Shown one piece after another: positions 9,557 through 18,695 of a stretch of DNA of 64,000 nucleotides; position 1 is the stretch's first letter; every line of letters starts with the position of its first letter. The stretch covers positions 11,634 to 75,633 of the forward strand of contig JAEYTA010000202.1 of assembly GCA_023434265.1 (NCBI GenBank), read 5' to 3'. The notes beneath the pieces are model-generated. The model made no database searches and was not told where the DNA came from. It was given only the letters and a program-made list of their open reading frames with translations. The translations under genes and the position numbers were made by a program. Source of the DNA: Pseudomonadota bacterium (lineage in GTDB: Bacteria; Pseudomonadota; Alphaproteobacteria; Caulobacterales; Caulobacteraceae).

Positions 9557-10293
9557 CAGCCCGGTGCGGCCGTTTCGAATCGCTCGTCCCACCAAGGCTG
9601 CCAACGGGCCTTGAGGTCGGCGAGCGCATCGTCCGACAGGCCGTAGGTCGTCAGGGTCAGCATGACGAAGCCGCGCGGCTTCTTCTCCGTCGGCGGCTGG
9701 TCGACGACGATCAGCAGGCCGTCGCCCCAGGCGTCGACGGAGACGCCGGTCTGGTGGCGGGCGGTGAACCAGACCTCGCCGGCGGCGTCGGATTCAGGCC
9801 CCAGCGGCCCCGACCACGGCTCGCCGGCGGCGGGGGCGGCGTGGAGGCCGAGGAGGCTGCGGCCCAGCCGGTCGGCGCGCGGCGGGCCGGAGAAGAACAG
9901 GGTGCGGCGGGGAGCGAGGCCGTGGCGGGCGAAGGCGAAGGCCAGCTGCCAGGTGAAGGAAATCCACCCCTCGATCATGCCGTCGAAGACATCGGTCCAG
10001 CTGCCCACGGGGGCGGAGCGCACGACCCGGACCACGCTGTGGTCGCCGCGGGCCTCGACCTCGTAGCGGTCGTTGACGCCCTCGAAGACCACGGTGCGCG
10101 TGGCTTCGTCGGCGCGGGCGTGGGTGACGAAGATGAAGTCGATCTCGTCCTTCAGCCCATCGGTCTCCCAGCCGAACCAGTCCCTGATCTTTGCGGGATC
10201 GCGCAGGGCGTCCCAGACGAGATCGGCGGGGGCGGGCACGGTGACCTCGACGAGGACGTGGTCCTCCATGAGGGTGTCGGCGGCTTCGGTCAT
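9553..10293 (-). CDS. SRPBCC (AHSA1-like) domain protein with C-terminal extension
   Basis: Internal ATG (10291-10293) of ORF 9553..10914. N-terminal VEVTVPAPADLVWDALRDPAKIRDWF is typical of SRPBCC/AHSA1 proteins. 8-nt gap behind the HTH gene. Its stop shares a CTAG with the mfd stop. Confidence 0.7.
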   Translation of the reverse strand: MTEAADTLMEDHVLVEVTVPAPADLVWDALRDPAKIRDWFGWETDGLKDEIDFIFVTHARADEATRTVVFEGVNDRYEVEARGDHSVVRVVRSAPVGSWTDVFDGMIEGWISFTWQLAFAFARHGLAPRRTLFFSGPPRADRLGRSLLGLHAAPAAGEPWSGPLGPESDAAGEVWFTARHQTGVSVDAWGDGLLIVVDQPPTEKKPRGFVMLTLTTYGLSDDALADLKARWQPWWDERFETAAPGC

Positions 10294-10301
10294 GGCGATC
10301 C

Positions 10302-10898
10302 TCAGTTCTTCACGGGCGCAGGCCGTTTGCCGGCGGGATGGGCGGTGGCGGTGAGGCGGAAGCGACGGCCGGAGGGGGCCGAATACTTGCGGGCGAGGGC
10401 GGCGACGGCGTCGGCCACCTCGTCGGAGAAGGCGTCGAAATCGGATGGCGCGGCGAAGCTCACCTCGGCCTCGACGGTCAGGGTGAGCAGGCGCGCGCCC
10501 TCGGCGGCGGCGGCCTCGCGCATGCGGGCGACGTCGCGGACCAGGGTCGAGGCGGCGGCGATGAGGTGGTCGGCCGCGTGGCGGTCCTGCGCCTCGACCG
10601 CCTCCGGGTCGGCCGGCGGCTGCAGCAGGGTCGGGTCGAGGACATAGGCGCCGGCGGCGACGAACAGCTTCTCGACGAAGCCGCGCTTGCGCCGCTCGCC
10701 GGCGGGGCGGACGAGGCCGGCGGCCTCGAGGGCGCGGAGGTGATAGCCGATCTTCTGCCGCGGCATGTTCAGCCGGTCGGCCAGACCGGCCGCCGACGCC
10801 GGCTCGGCGAGGCCGGCGAGGATGCGCCGACGGATCGGCGCCAGCGCCAGATGGGCGGCGTCCAGATCGTCGAGCAGGGCGGAGGGCCGGGCCGTCAT
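10302..10898 (-). CDS. ArsR-like winged-helix transcriptional regulator with C-terminal extension
   Basis: LAPIRRRILAGLAEPASAAGLADRLNMPRQKIGYHLRALEAAGLV is a clear ArsR-type wHTH. Paired with a downstream SRPBCC gene. Confidence 0.8.
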   Translation of the reverse strand: MTARPSALLDDLDAAHLALAPIRRRILAGLAEPASAAGLADRLNMPRQKIGYHLRALEAAGLVRPAGERRKRGFVEKLFVAAGAYVLDPTLLQPPADPEAVEAQDRHAADHLIAAASTLVRDVARMREAAAAEGARLLTLTVEAEVSFAAPSDFDAFSDEVADAVAALARKYSAPSGRRFRLTATAHPAGKRPAPVKN

Positions 10899-10916
10899 GT
10901 TCCGAACCCTGCATTA

Positions 10917-10932
10917 GACAACTAAAGTTGTC
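10917..10932. promoter_or_regulatory. 7-2-7 palindrome GACAACT-AA-AGTTGTC, candidate operator upstream of the ArsR-like HTH gene
   Basis: A perfect inverted repeat in an unusually A/T-rich 37-bp spacer between the PopA-like stop (10936) and the HTH gene start (10898). Confidence 0.4.
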
Positions 10933-10935
10933 AAA

Positions 10936-12303
10936 TTAGCGGGCGGCGATGTCCCGGGAGGCGCGCTCGAGCACCTGGGCCGGGGATTCCTCGGGCCCGA
11001 TCTCGGCCACGCCGACCTCGAACTCCACCACGAAGGGCGGGTGGTCGGGGCCGGCGTCGAAGGCGGTGCAGCCGATCACCGCGGCGATGCGGTCGGCGGC
11101 GATGCGGGCGGCGGGGCCGCGGGTGGCGGGCAGGGCGAGGGCGAAAACGTCGGCCGACAGGCGGGCGGCGGTGTCCTCGGTGCGGATCAGGCGCGACACC
11201 ATGGCCCCGATCTGCGGCAGGGCGCGGTCGAGCCAGCCGCCGGCGCGGGCCGTGGCCACCGCCTCCGTCTCGGCGACGCGGAGCACGGCCACGGACAGCG
11301 GCCGCCGGCGCAGCCGCGCGCCCTCGGCGACGCGGGCGAGGTGGGCGGCGAACAGTTCGGGGGTGAACAGGCCGGTGGCGGGGTCGGTCAGGCCGGAGCC
11401 GCGCGCGCCCTCGAGGGTGCGTCGGATGGCGACGTGGCGGCGGTGGGCGCGGGCGAGGGCGGCGACGCGCTCGGCGGTCTCCTCCTCGGGAGCGTCGGCG
11501 GCGGCCACGTCGGCGAAGCCCCGGTTGTAGAGCTCGGCCAGATTTATCTCGCCCGAGCCGCGCAGGTAGAGCACCGCCGGGATGTGGTAGAGGCGGGTGT
11601 TGCGCTTCATGCCCGAGGCGATGGACAGGGCCGGGGCGTGGTCCTCGGCGCCCCACAGCACGGCGGCGTCGAACGGGCGTTCGTGCAGGTAGTCGAAGGC
11701 GGTGTAGGGCGTCGGCGCGGCCACCACCTCGCAGCCCTGGGCGGCCAGGGCGTTGGACAGGGCGATGAAGCGGCGGTCCGGCTTGCCGGCGGCGAGCACG
11801 CGCAGCGGGGCGTCGTCCGGCTCGGGCAGGGGCAGGGGCTCGCCGCGGGCGAGGAAGGTGGCCTCGCGCAGGCTGACCTCTTCCTCGGCGACGGCGGCGC
11901 GGACCAGATGCTCCAGACGCAGGGCGGCCTGGGCGGCGTGGGGCGGGGCGGACATGGCGATGTCGGCAAGGCCCGACTCCCAGCCGGCCGTGTCCGGTCC
12001 GACGGCCAGCACCGGCAGACGGCGCGGAGCGACGGTCTGGCGCAGCGCGGCCACCCCGGCCTCGGCGTCGGTCATCCGGGCGTCAAGGACCACGGCCTCC
12101 AGCGGCCAGTCGATCAGCACCTGCACCGCCCCGGCCAGCGACCGGGCCGTCACCGTGCGCCAGCCGAGGGCGTCCAGCCCCTGGCACAGGGGGCCGATCA
12201 GGCCGTCGTCGGGCGCGACGACCAGGATTCGCGGGTCGGAAGCCAAGATGCGGAATCTCCGGCCGCCCCCAGCCCCGGGGCGGTCTTCATGGCCGGCGAC
12301 CAT
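10936..12303 (-). CDS. PopA-like response-regulator paralog: REC - REC-like adaptor - degenerate GGDEF domain
   Basis: Internal ATG (12301-12303) of ORF 10936..13059. Two receiver-like domains (RILVVAPDD...AVVLDARM; LRVLAAGKP...AAVLWGAE) precede a GGDEF-fold domain (LTDPATGLFTPELF). Its active-site motif reads SADVF rather than GG[DE]EF, with RTED (RxxD) five residues upstream. Confidence 0.75.
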   Translation of the reverse strand: MVAGHEDRPGAGGGRRFRILASDPRILVVAPDDGLIGPLCQGLDALGWRTVTARSLAGAVQVLIDWPLEAVVLDARMTDAEAGVAALRQTVAPRRLPVLAVGPDTAGWESGLADIAMSAPPHAAQAALRLEHLVRAAVAEEEVSLREATFLARGEPLPLPEPDDAPLRVLAAGKPDRRFIALSNALAAQGCEVVAAPTPYTAFDYLHERPFDAAVLWGAEDHAPALSIASGMKRNTRLYHIPAVLYLRGSGEINLAELYNRGFADVAAADAPEEETAERVAALARAHRRHVAIRRTLEGARGSGLTDPATGLFTPELFAAHLARVAEGARLRRRPLSVAVLRVAETEAVATARAGGWLDRALPQIGAMVSRLIRTEDTAARLSADVFALALPATRGPAARIAADRIAAVIGCTAFDAGPDHPPFVVEFEVGVAEIGPEESPAQVLERASRDIAAR

Positions 12304-12370
12304 AGCGAGACGCCCCGCCGCGAGGCAACGGCCCGCCGCGGTTTGTCCCCCGCCTCGCGCAGTCGTGCGG

Positions 12371-12386
12371 TTCCTTCGCGAAGGAA
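12371..12386. promoter_or_regulatory. Perfect 16-bp palindrome TTCCTTCGCGAAGGAA in a divergent promoter region
   Basis: Read directly from the sequence. Lies 68 nt upstream of the PopA-like start and 44 nt upstream of the yihY-like TTG start. Confidence 0.3.
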
Positions 12387-12429
12387 ATGGGTTAAGGAGG
12401 GCGCCTGTCGGGACGGTTGGGGAACCGGG

Positions 12430-13374
12430 TTGAACGCAGAATCCGAACGGGGCGCCGCCACACGCTGGGCGACGCCGGCGCTGTGGGGCCGGCTGGCCGT
12501 CAAGGCCTTCGCGCGCAGCTGGGGCCGCGACGTCATGCTTTACACGGGCGGGGTGTCGTTCTTCGCCCTGCTGGCGGTGTTCCCCGCCATCGCCATCCTG
12601 ATCGGCTTCTACAAGGCGGTGCTGAGCATCGGCCAGGTCAGCGAGCAGGCCGCGGCCCTCGCCGACGTCATGCCCTACGCCGCCCGCGCCATCTTCCTGC
12701 AGGAGATCGGCCGTCTGGCCAACGCCTCGGCGAGCACGGTGTCGACCCAGAGCTTCCTCGCCCTGGTGATCGGCGGCTACGCCGCGCACCGCGGCTTCAA
12801 GGCCCTGCTGGCGGGGCTGAACCTGATCCACGACGAGACCGAGCCGCACGGCTTCTTCCGCTTCAACCTGCTGGCCTTCTTCGTCGCCCTGTTCGCCTTC
12901 GCCCTGTTCACCGTGGTCTCGGGCGCGGTGGTCACCTCGCGCCTGCTCAAGCACGCGGGTCCCGGCGAGGCCGCCGGCGGGCTGCCGGCCAACGGCCTGT
13001 GGCCGGCGCTGGGCCTGGCGGTCGGCCTGACCCTGCTGTACCGCTACGCCATGTCCCACCGCACGCCGGTGGCCTGGGCCCCGGCCATCGTGGGCGGGGT
13101 GATCGCCACGATCTTCTCGACCGTCTCGTCGTGGCTGTGCGCCATCTACGTCGAGCAGATCGCGCCGCTGGGCGCGACCTACGGCTCGGTCGGCGCCGTG
13201 GTGGTGCTGCTGATCTGGCTGTCGTGGAACGTCAACGCCATCTTCTACGGCGGGGCCTTCGCGACCGAAATGGAGATCCTCGCGCGGTCCAGGGGAGCGC
13301 CCGACCTCGATGCCACGGGGGGTTCGGAGACCGTGGTCAGCCTGTCGGAGCGACGGGCGTCTCGACCACGATAG
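12430..13374 (+). CDS. YihY/BrkB (virulence factor BrkB, formerly RNase BN) family membrane protein
   Basis: Multi-TM protein with GGVSFFALLAVFPAIAIL and YGSVGAVVVLLIWLSWNVNAIFYGGAF, both typical of the family. Start is uncertain: TTG 12430 or ATG 12535. Confidence 0.8.
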   Translation: MNAESERGAATRWATPALWGRLAVKAFARSWGRDVMLYTGGVSFFALLAVFPAIAILIGFYKAVLSIGQVSEQAAALADVMPYAARAIFLQEIGRLANASASTVSTQSFLALVIGGYAAHRGFKALLAGLNLIHDETEPHGFFRFNLLAFFVALFAFALFTVVSGAVVTSRLLKHAGPGEAAGGLPANGLWPALGLAVGLTLLYRYAMSHRTPVAWAPAIVGGVIATIFSTVSSWLCAIYVEQIAPLGATYGSVGAVVVLLIWLSWNVNAIFYGGAFATEMEILARSRGAPDLDATGGSETVVSLSERRASRPR

Positions 13375-13567
13375 ACAGCACCCCGTCGGCCTCCCCGACG
13401 GAGACGACGCGGCCGCCGAGGTCGGCCATCAGGAACGGCACGTCGATGCGCGCCATGGGGTCGGTGGCCAGCAGGGTCAGCCGCGTCCCCGCCGGGGCCG
13501 TGCGGATCGCCTTCTGAAGCTTGAGGCTGGGGGTCGGGCAGCGGTGGCCGCGCGCGTCGACGATCAT
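13337..13567 (-). CDS. TusA/SirA-family sulfurtransferase
   Basis: 76 aa with the family CPxP active-site motif near the N-terminus (DARGHRCPTPSL). ATGA overlap with the upstream cinA-like gene. Confidence 0.8.
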   Translation of the reverse strand: MIVDARGHRCPTPSLKLQKAIRTAPAGTRLTLLATDPMARIDVPFLMADLGGRVVSVGEADGVLSIVVETPVAPTG

Positions 13568-14055
13568 GCGCCGATCCGGTCGAGCAGCAGGCCCAGGGCG
13601 GTGCGCACGCTCTCCAGCCGCACCGCGTCGCGGCCGATGTCGCCGAAGCGGTGCTCGACATGGATGAGTCCGGCCGGGCCGGCGGCGGCGAAATGCACCA
13701 GGCCGACGGGCTTCTCGGGGGAGCCGCCGCCGGGGCCGGCGACGCCGGTGACGGCCACCGAGACGCCGGCGTCGGAATGGCGTAGCGCCCCCTCGGCCAT
13801 CGCGCGGGCGACGGGCTCGGACACCGCGCCGTGCGCGTCGATGAGATCGGCCGGGACGCCCAGCATCCCGGTCTTGGCGGCGTTGCTGTAGGTGACGAAG
13901 CCGCGGTCCAGGGCGACGGAGGAGCCGGGCACGGCGGTGATGGCGCCGGCGACCAGGCCGCCGGTGCAGCTTTCGGCGCAGGCGACGGTCACGCCGCGCG
14001 CGGCGGCTTCCTCCACCACGCGTCGGGCCAGCGCCTGGATGTCGTAGGAGAACAT
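13564..14055 (-). CDS. pncC: CinA C-terminal domain protein / nicotinamide-nucleotide amidohydrolase PncC
   Basis: VACAESCTGGLVAG, FVTYSNAAK, VAVTGVAGPGGGSPEKPVGLV. Start placed at MFSYDIQ; the ORF track extends to 14073. Confidence 0.85.
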   Translation of the reverse strand: MFSYDIQALARRVVEEAAARGVTVACAESCTGGLVAGAITAVPGSSVALDRGFVTYSNAAKTGMLGVPADLIDAHGAVSEPVARAMAEGALRHSDAGVSVAVTGVAGPGGGSPEKPVGLVHFAAAGPAGLIHVEHRFGDIGRDAVRLESVRTALGLLLDRIGA

Positions 14056-14133
14056 GGAGAGCCCTTTCCGCACCGGGGGCGAGTCACGCTAGGCTCCTGC
14101 CGCGCCGGGTCGGCGGCATCATACGGGGCGGGC

Positions 14134-16428
14134 ATGAGCGAGACCACCATGGACACGGCGCCCGCGGCGCCCGCCGACCGGCTGACGCTGATCCTGTTCG
14201 CCGTCGCCATCTTCACCTCGGCCTCGCTGGTCTTCGTGGTCCAGCCGATGGTGACCAAGCTGATCCTGCCGATGCTGGGCGGATCGCCGGCGGTGTGGAA
14301 CACGGCCATGGTCTTCTTCCAGGCCGCGCTTCTGGCCGGCTACGGCTACGCCCACCTGCTGCAGCGCATCGGCTCGATCAAGGCCCAGGTCGGCGTGCAC
14401 CTGGCGCTGCTGGCGGTCGCGGCCCTGTTCCTGCCGCTGCAGGTCAGCGGGCTGACCGGGGAGCCCGATCCGGCCGCGCCGATCCTGTGGCTGCTGGCCA
14501 CGCTGACGCTGTCGGTCGGCGCGCCCTTCGCGGTGCTGTCGGCCACGGCTCCGCTGCTGCAGGCCTGGTACGCGCGGGTGCGGGCGGGCCACGCCGACGG
14601 CCAGAATCCCTACGTGCTCTACGCCGCCTCCAACCTCGGCAGCTTCCTGGCGCTGCTGTCCTATCCGGCGCTGATCGAGCCGCTGGCGACGCTGTCGGGC
14701 CAGCGCTGGGGCTGGAGCGGCGGCTACGCGGCCTTCGTGCTGATGGTGGTGGTGCTGGCCTTCGTCGTCTGGCGCCGTCGCGTCGATCGCGCCGAGCCCG
14801 CCCCGCTGGCCCGTTCGGCGCCGATGTCGTGGCGCGAGAAGGGGATTCTGGTCCTGCTCGCCGCCGCGCCGTCCAGCCTGATGCTCGGGGTCACCGCCCA
14901 CCTGTCGACCGACGTGGCCTCGGCGCCCTTCCTGTGGGTTATCCCGCTGGCGCTGTACCTGCTGACCTTCGTCATCGCCTTCCAGACCCGGCCGTGGATC
15001 CCGCTGCCGATCACCCTCGTCATCCAGGGCGCGGTCGGGGCGGTGGTGGTGCTGATCGTGGCCTTCCGCTCGGCCAACTGGGGCATGGCCTTCGGCATCC
15101 ACCTGCTGGCCTTCTTCTTCGCGGCGCTGATGTGCCACCAGTTGCTGGCGGCGCGGCGGCCGGCGCCGGACCGGCTGACGGAGTTCTACCTGCTGCTGTC
15201 GGTCGGCGGCGTGGTCGGCGGGGCCTTCACCGCCCTGCTGGCCCCGGTGATCTTCAACATGGTCTGGGAGTATCCGCTGGTGCTGGTGCTGGTCGGGCTG
15301 GCCCGGCCGTGGGGCCGCGGGCCGCTGAGCCGGGGGCAGGTCGCGCTGCTGCTGGTCGCCGGCGTGGTCGCCCTGTCGCCGGTGCTGCTGTCGCTGTGGC
15401 TGAACGCCAACGACGCGGCGCGCGGCCGCTTCTACGAGATCTTCCCGGCCGGCATGGGCCAGCTGGCCATGATCATGCTCATCCCGGCGGCGATCTGCGC
15501 CTTCCTGGTCCGCGACCGGGCGCTGGCCTTCACCGCCGTGCTGGTGATGATCACCCTGTCGGCGCAGTGGATCGCGCGCGGCTACGACTGGAGCTATTCG
15601 GGGCGCAGTTTCTTCGGCGTCATGCGGGTGGCCAACGCCCCCGACCCGCGCATGGGGGGCGACGTGCACGTGCTGATGCACGGCACCACCCTGCACGGGG
15701 CGCAGGCGCGCAACGAACTGAACCAGTGCGCGCCGACGCTGTACTACAACGTCGCCACGCCGATCGGGCAGTCGGCGTTGATGGTGCAGCGGCGCGGGCC
15801 GGCGCGGATCGGCGTGGTCGGGCAGGGCTCGGGAGCGATGGCCGCCTACAAGCGGCCCGAGGACCGCATGACCTTCTTCGAGATCGACCCCATGGTCGAC
15901 GAGCTGTCGCGCGACCCGCAGTGGTTCAGCTACATCTCCGACTGCGCCGAGGGGCCCGTCGACACGGTGCTGGGGGACGCCCGACTGACGCTGGAGAAGC
16001 AGCCGGCCGGCAGCTACGACCTGCTGATCATCGACGCCTTCTCCTCGGACGCCGTGCCGACGCACCTGCTGACCGAGGAGGCCGTGGCCGGCTATCTGCG
16101 TCTGCTGAAGCCGAACGGGGTGGTGCTGCTGCACCTGTCGAACCGCAATCTCGAAATCACCCTGCCGGCCGTCGCCGCGGCCCAGGCGCTGGGCGTGCCG
16201 GCGCTGCACCAGATCTACTACGAGACCGACGCCACGCCGGAGATGGCCGAGGCCTCGACCGAGGTGGTGATCCTGGGTCGCAGCGAGGCGGCGCTGGCCG
16301 ACTTCCGCGCCGACGCTCGCTGGAAGGCGCCGCAGCGCACCGGCGTGCGGCCGTGGACCGACGACTACGTCAACCTGTTCGGAGCCCTGTGGCGCGGCTG
16401 GTTCCCGCCGCCCGAGCGGCCCTACTAG
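14134..16428 (+). CDS. Fused polytopic membrane domain / spermidine-synthase-like (SpeE fold) protein
   Basis: ATG 14134 within ORF 13831..16428. About 480 aa of repeated TM helices precede a class-I methyltransferase/SpeE-like domain ([32 protein letters not shown]). Confidence 0.8.
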   Translation: MSETTMDTAPAAPADRLTLILFAVAIFTSASLVFVVQPMVTKLILPMLGGSPAVWNTAMVFFQAALLAGYGYAHLLQRIGSIKAQVGVHLALLAVAALFLPLQVSGLTGEPDPAAPILWLLATLTLSVGAPFAVLSATAPLLQAWYARVRAGHADGQNPYVLYAASNLGSFLALLSYPALIEPLATLSGQRWGWSGGYAAFVLMVVVLAFVVWRRRVDRAEPAPLARSAPMSWREKGILVLLAAAPSSLMLGVTAHLSTDVASAPFLWVIPLALYLLTFVIAFQTRPWIPLPITLVIQGAVGAVVVLIVAFRSANWGMAFGIHLLAFFFAALMCHQLLAARRPAPDRLTEFYLLLSVGGVVGGAFTALLAPVIFNMVWEYPLVLVLVGLARPWGRGPLSRGQVALLLVAGVVALSPVLLSLWLNANDAARGRFYEIFPAGMGQLAMIMLIPAAICAFLVRDRALAFTAVLVMITLSAQWIARGYDWSYSGRSFFGVMRVANAPDPRMGGDVHVLMHGTTLHGAQARNELNQCAPTLYYNVATPIGQSALMVQRRGPARIGVVGQGSGAMAAYKRPEDRMTFFEIDPMVDELSRDPQWFSYISDCAEGPVDTVLGDARLTLEKQPAGSYDLLIIDAFSSDAVPTHLLTEEAVAGYLRLLKPNGVVLLHLSNRNLEITLPAVAAAQALGVPALHQIYYETDATPEMAEASTEVVILGRSEAALADFRADARWKAPQRTGVRPWTDDYVNLFGALWRGWFPPPERPY

Positions 16429-17579
16429 GCCACGGGAAGTTCGACCGTCGCCACCGCCTGGGCCGCCAGCCCCTCGCCGCGGCCGGTGAAGCCCAGCCTC
16501 TCGGTCGTGGTCGCCTTGACGCTGACGGCGTCGAGCGGCAGCGCCAGCAGGGCCGCCAGACGCTCCCGCATGGCCTGCCGGTGCGGCTTCACCTTCGGGC
16601 GCTCGCAGATCAGGGTGACGTCGACGTTGACCAGCCGGCCGCCGCGGGCGTGCAGGCGCTCCACCGCATGGGTCAGGAAGCGGTCCGAGGCGGCGCCCTT
16701 CCACTGCGGGTCGGTGGGCGGGAAATGGTCGCCGATGTCGCCGTCGCCCATGGCCCCGAGGATGGCGTCGGTGAGGGCGTGCAGGCCGGCGTCGGCGTCG
16801 GAGTGGCCGATCAGGGTCCGGTCGTGGGCGATCTCGACGCCGCACAGCCAGACCGCGTCGCCGGGACCCCAACGGTGCACGTCGAATCCCGAGCCGACGC
16901 GGGTCTGGCGGGGGATCAGGGCCTCGGCCATGGCGAAATCCTCGGGAAAGGTCAGCTTCATCAGGCGGGGGTCGCCGTCGACGACGCGAACGCGGCCGCC
17001 GGCGCGCTGGACGACCGTCGCCTCGTCGGTGGCGGCTTCGCCCGCGGGCCAGGCCGCATAGGCGTCGACCAGGGTCTTCAGCCGGAAGGCCTGCGGGGTC
17101 TGGGCGCGCCACAGGCCGGCACGCTCGACCGGGTCGGCGACGAGACCGTCGGCGGCGCGGCGCAGGCTGTCGGCCACCGGCAGGGCGGGCAGGGCGCCGT
17201 CGGCCTCTTCGAGCGCCGTGAGACAGCGGGCGATGACGTCGCGGCCCAGCAGGGGGCGGGCGGCGTCGTGGACCAGGACGGGCCGGGAGTCGGGGTCGCC
17301 GAGCGCGGCGAGGCCGTTGCGCACCGAGTCGGCGCGGCTGGCCCCGCCGCAGACGGCGCGCCAGCCGGACAGGCCGCGGAGGGCGGCCTCGAGCTCGGCC
17401 TCCGCACCGGTCGGAATCACCACCACGAGCTCCCCGGCCCCGGCCAGCAGCAGAGCCTCGACGGACCAGCGGATCACCGGCTTGCCGCCCAGCAGCCGCC
17501 ACTGCTTGGCCCCGCCGGCGCGCGAGCCGGAGCCGGCGGCGACGACCACGGCGGCGAAGGCGGGGAGGGGAGAAGCCAT
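16425..17579 (-). CDS. ispDF: Bifunctional 2-C-methyl-D-erythritol 4-phosphate cytidylyltransferase / 2-C-methyl-D-erythritol 2,4-cyclodiphosphate synthase
   Basis: IspD N-terminus ([15 protein letters not shown]) is fused to IspF ([31 protein letters not shown]). This fusion is typical of alphaproteobacteria. Confidence 0.95.
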   Translation of the reverse strand: MASPLPAFAAVVVAAGSGSRAGGAKQWRLLGGKPVIRWSVEALLLAGAGELVVVIPTGAEAELEAALRGLSGWRAVCGGASRADSVRNGLAALGDPDSRPVLVHDAARPLLGRDVIARCLTALEEADGALPALPVADSLRRAADGLVADPVERAGLWRAQTPQAFRLKTLVDAYAAWPAGEAATDEATVVQRAGGRVRVVDGDPRLMKLTFPEDFAMAEALIPRQTRVGSGFDVHRWGPGDAVWLCGVEIAHDRTLIGHSDADAGLHALTDAILGAMGDGDIGDHFPPTDPQWKGAASDRFLTHAVERLHARGGRLVNVDVTLICERPKVKPHRQAMRERLAALLALPLDAVSVKATTTERLGFTGRGEGLAAQAVATVELPVA

Positions 17580-17642
17580 GCCGGCCTTCTAATCGCCGCC
17601 GTCATGCTTGACGAGAGGCCCGTCTGGCGGCGGTAAGGGCGG

Positions 17643-18695
17643 ATGAACGCAGGACTGCAGATCGGCGACGTGTGGGTGCCCGGGCGGGTGCTCACCGCGC
17701 CCATGACCGGCATCACCGACCTGCCGTTCCGCCTGCTCGCCAGCCGGCTGGGGGCGGCCTATGTCGCCACCGAGATGGTCGCCGCCGCCGAGCTGGCCCG
17801 GGCGCGTCCCGACGTGGTGCGGCGCGCGGCGGTCGGCGAGGGCCTGCCGCTGACCGTGATCCAGCTGGTCGGGCGCGATCCGGGAGCCATGGCCGAGGGG
17901 GCGCGCATGGCCGAGAAGGCCGGCGCCGACATCGTCGATCTCAACTTCGGCTGCCCGGCCAAGGAGGTGGCGGCGGCGGCCTGCGGCTCGGCCCTGATGC
18001 GCACGCCCGACCTGGCCTGCCGGCTGATGGAGGCGGCGGTCGCGGCGACCTCGCGGCCGGTGACGGTGAAGATGCGCCTCGGCTGGGACGAGGCCAGCCG
18101 CAACGCGGCGGAGCTGGCCCGGCGGGCGGAGCAGATCGGGGTGAAGGCGGTCACGGTGCACGGCCGCACGCGCCAGCAGTTCTACACCGGCCGCGCCGAC
18201 TGGGCGGCGGTCGGAGAGGTGAAGGGGGCGGTGTCGATCCCGGTGATCGTCAACGGCGACATCCTGACGGCCGACGACGCGCGGGCGGCGCTGGCGCAGT
18301 CGGGGGCCGACGCCCTGATGCTGGGTCGCGGCGTCTACGGGCGGCCGTGGCTGGCGGCCCACCTCGAGCGGGCGCTGGCCGACGGGACGGTGCTGCGCGA
18401 GCCCGACCGGGAAGAGCGGCAGGCTATCGTCATCGAACACCTGCGCGCCTCGGTTGGCTTCTATGGCCTGCCGCTGGGCCTGAAGATGTTCCGCAAGCAC
18501 CTCGGCTGGTACATCGAACAGGCCCCTTGGCCGGTCGATCCGGGTGAGCGGCGCGGGGCCAAGGCGCGGCTGTGCCGGCTGGAGACGCCGGGGGAGGTCG
18601 AGGCGGCGCTGGCGGCGCTGTGGCGGCCAGTGACACATTCCGGCAACTCTGCTGTTGATATCGAGCCACAGTTGGCGGAAGCTGGCGCCGCATGA
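17643..18695 (+). CDS. dusB: tRNA-dihydrouridine synthase B (NifR3 family)
   Basis: LTAPMTGITDLPFRLL, DLNFGCPAKEV, VTVHGRTRQQFY. Divergent from ispDF. Confidence 0.93.
   Translation: MNAGLQIGDVWVPGRVLTAPMTGITDLPFRLLASRLGAAYVATEMVAAAELARARPDVVRRAAVGEGLPLTVIQLVGRDPGAMAEGARMAEKAGADIVDLNFGCPAKEVAAAACGSALMRTPDLACRLMEAAVAATSRPVTVKMRLGWDEASRNAAELARRAEQIGVKAVTVHGRTRQQFYTGRADWAAVGEVKGAVSIPVIVNGDILTADDARAALAQSGADALMLGRGVYGRPWLAAHLERALADGTVLREPDREERQAIVIEHLRASVGFYGLPLGLKMFRKHLGWYIEQAPWPVDPGERRGAKARLCRLETPGEVEAALAALWRPVTHSGNSAVDIEPQLAEAGAA

Noticed and set aside
3487-9604. Long ORFs antisense to recG (3487..5766, 3557..5119) and to mfd (5984..9604), and alternative-frame ORFs inside mfd (6304..7641, 7756..9096)
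   Set aside because: No motifs and extreme Arg/Gly/Pro composition. The RecG and Mfd frames carry complete helicase motif sets.
14119-17502. 1127-aa ORF on the minus strand, with a 1113-aa plus-strand ORF at 14295..17636
   Set aside because: The translations are low-complexity Arg/Pro/Gly/Ala strings with no motifs. They lie antisense to, or out of frame with, genes that have clear family signatures (SpeE-like, ispDF). This is the typical long-ORF artefact of very GC-rich DNA.
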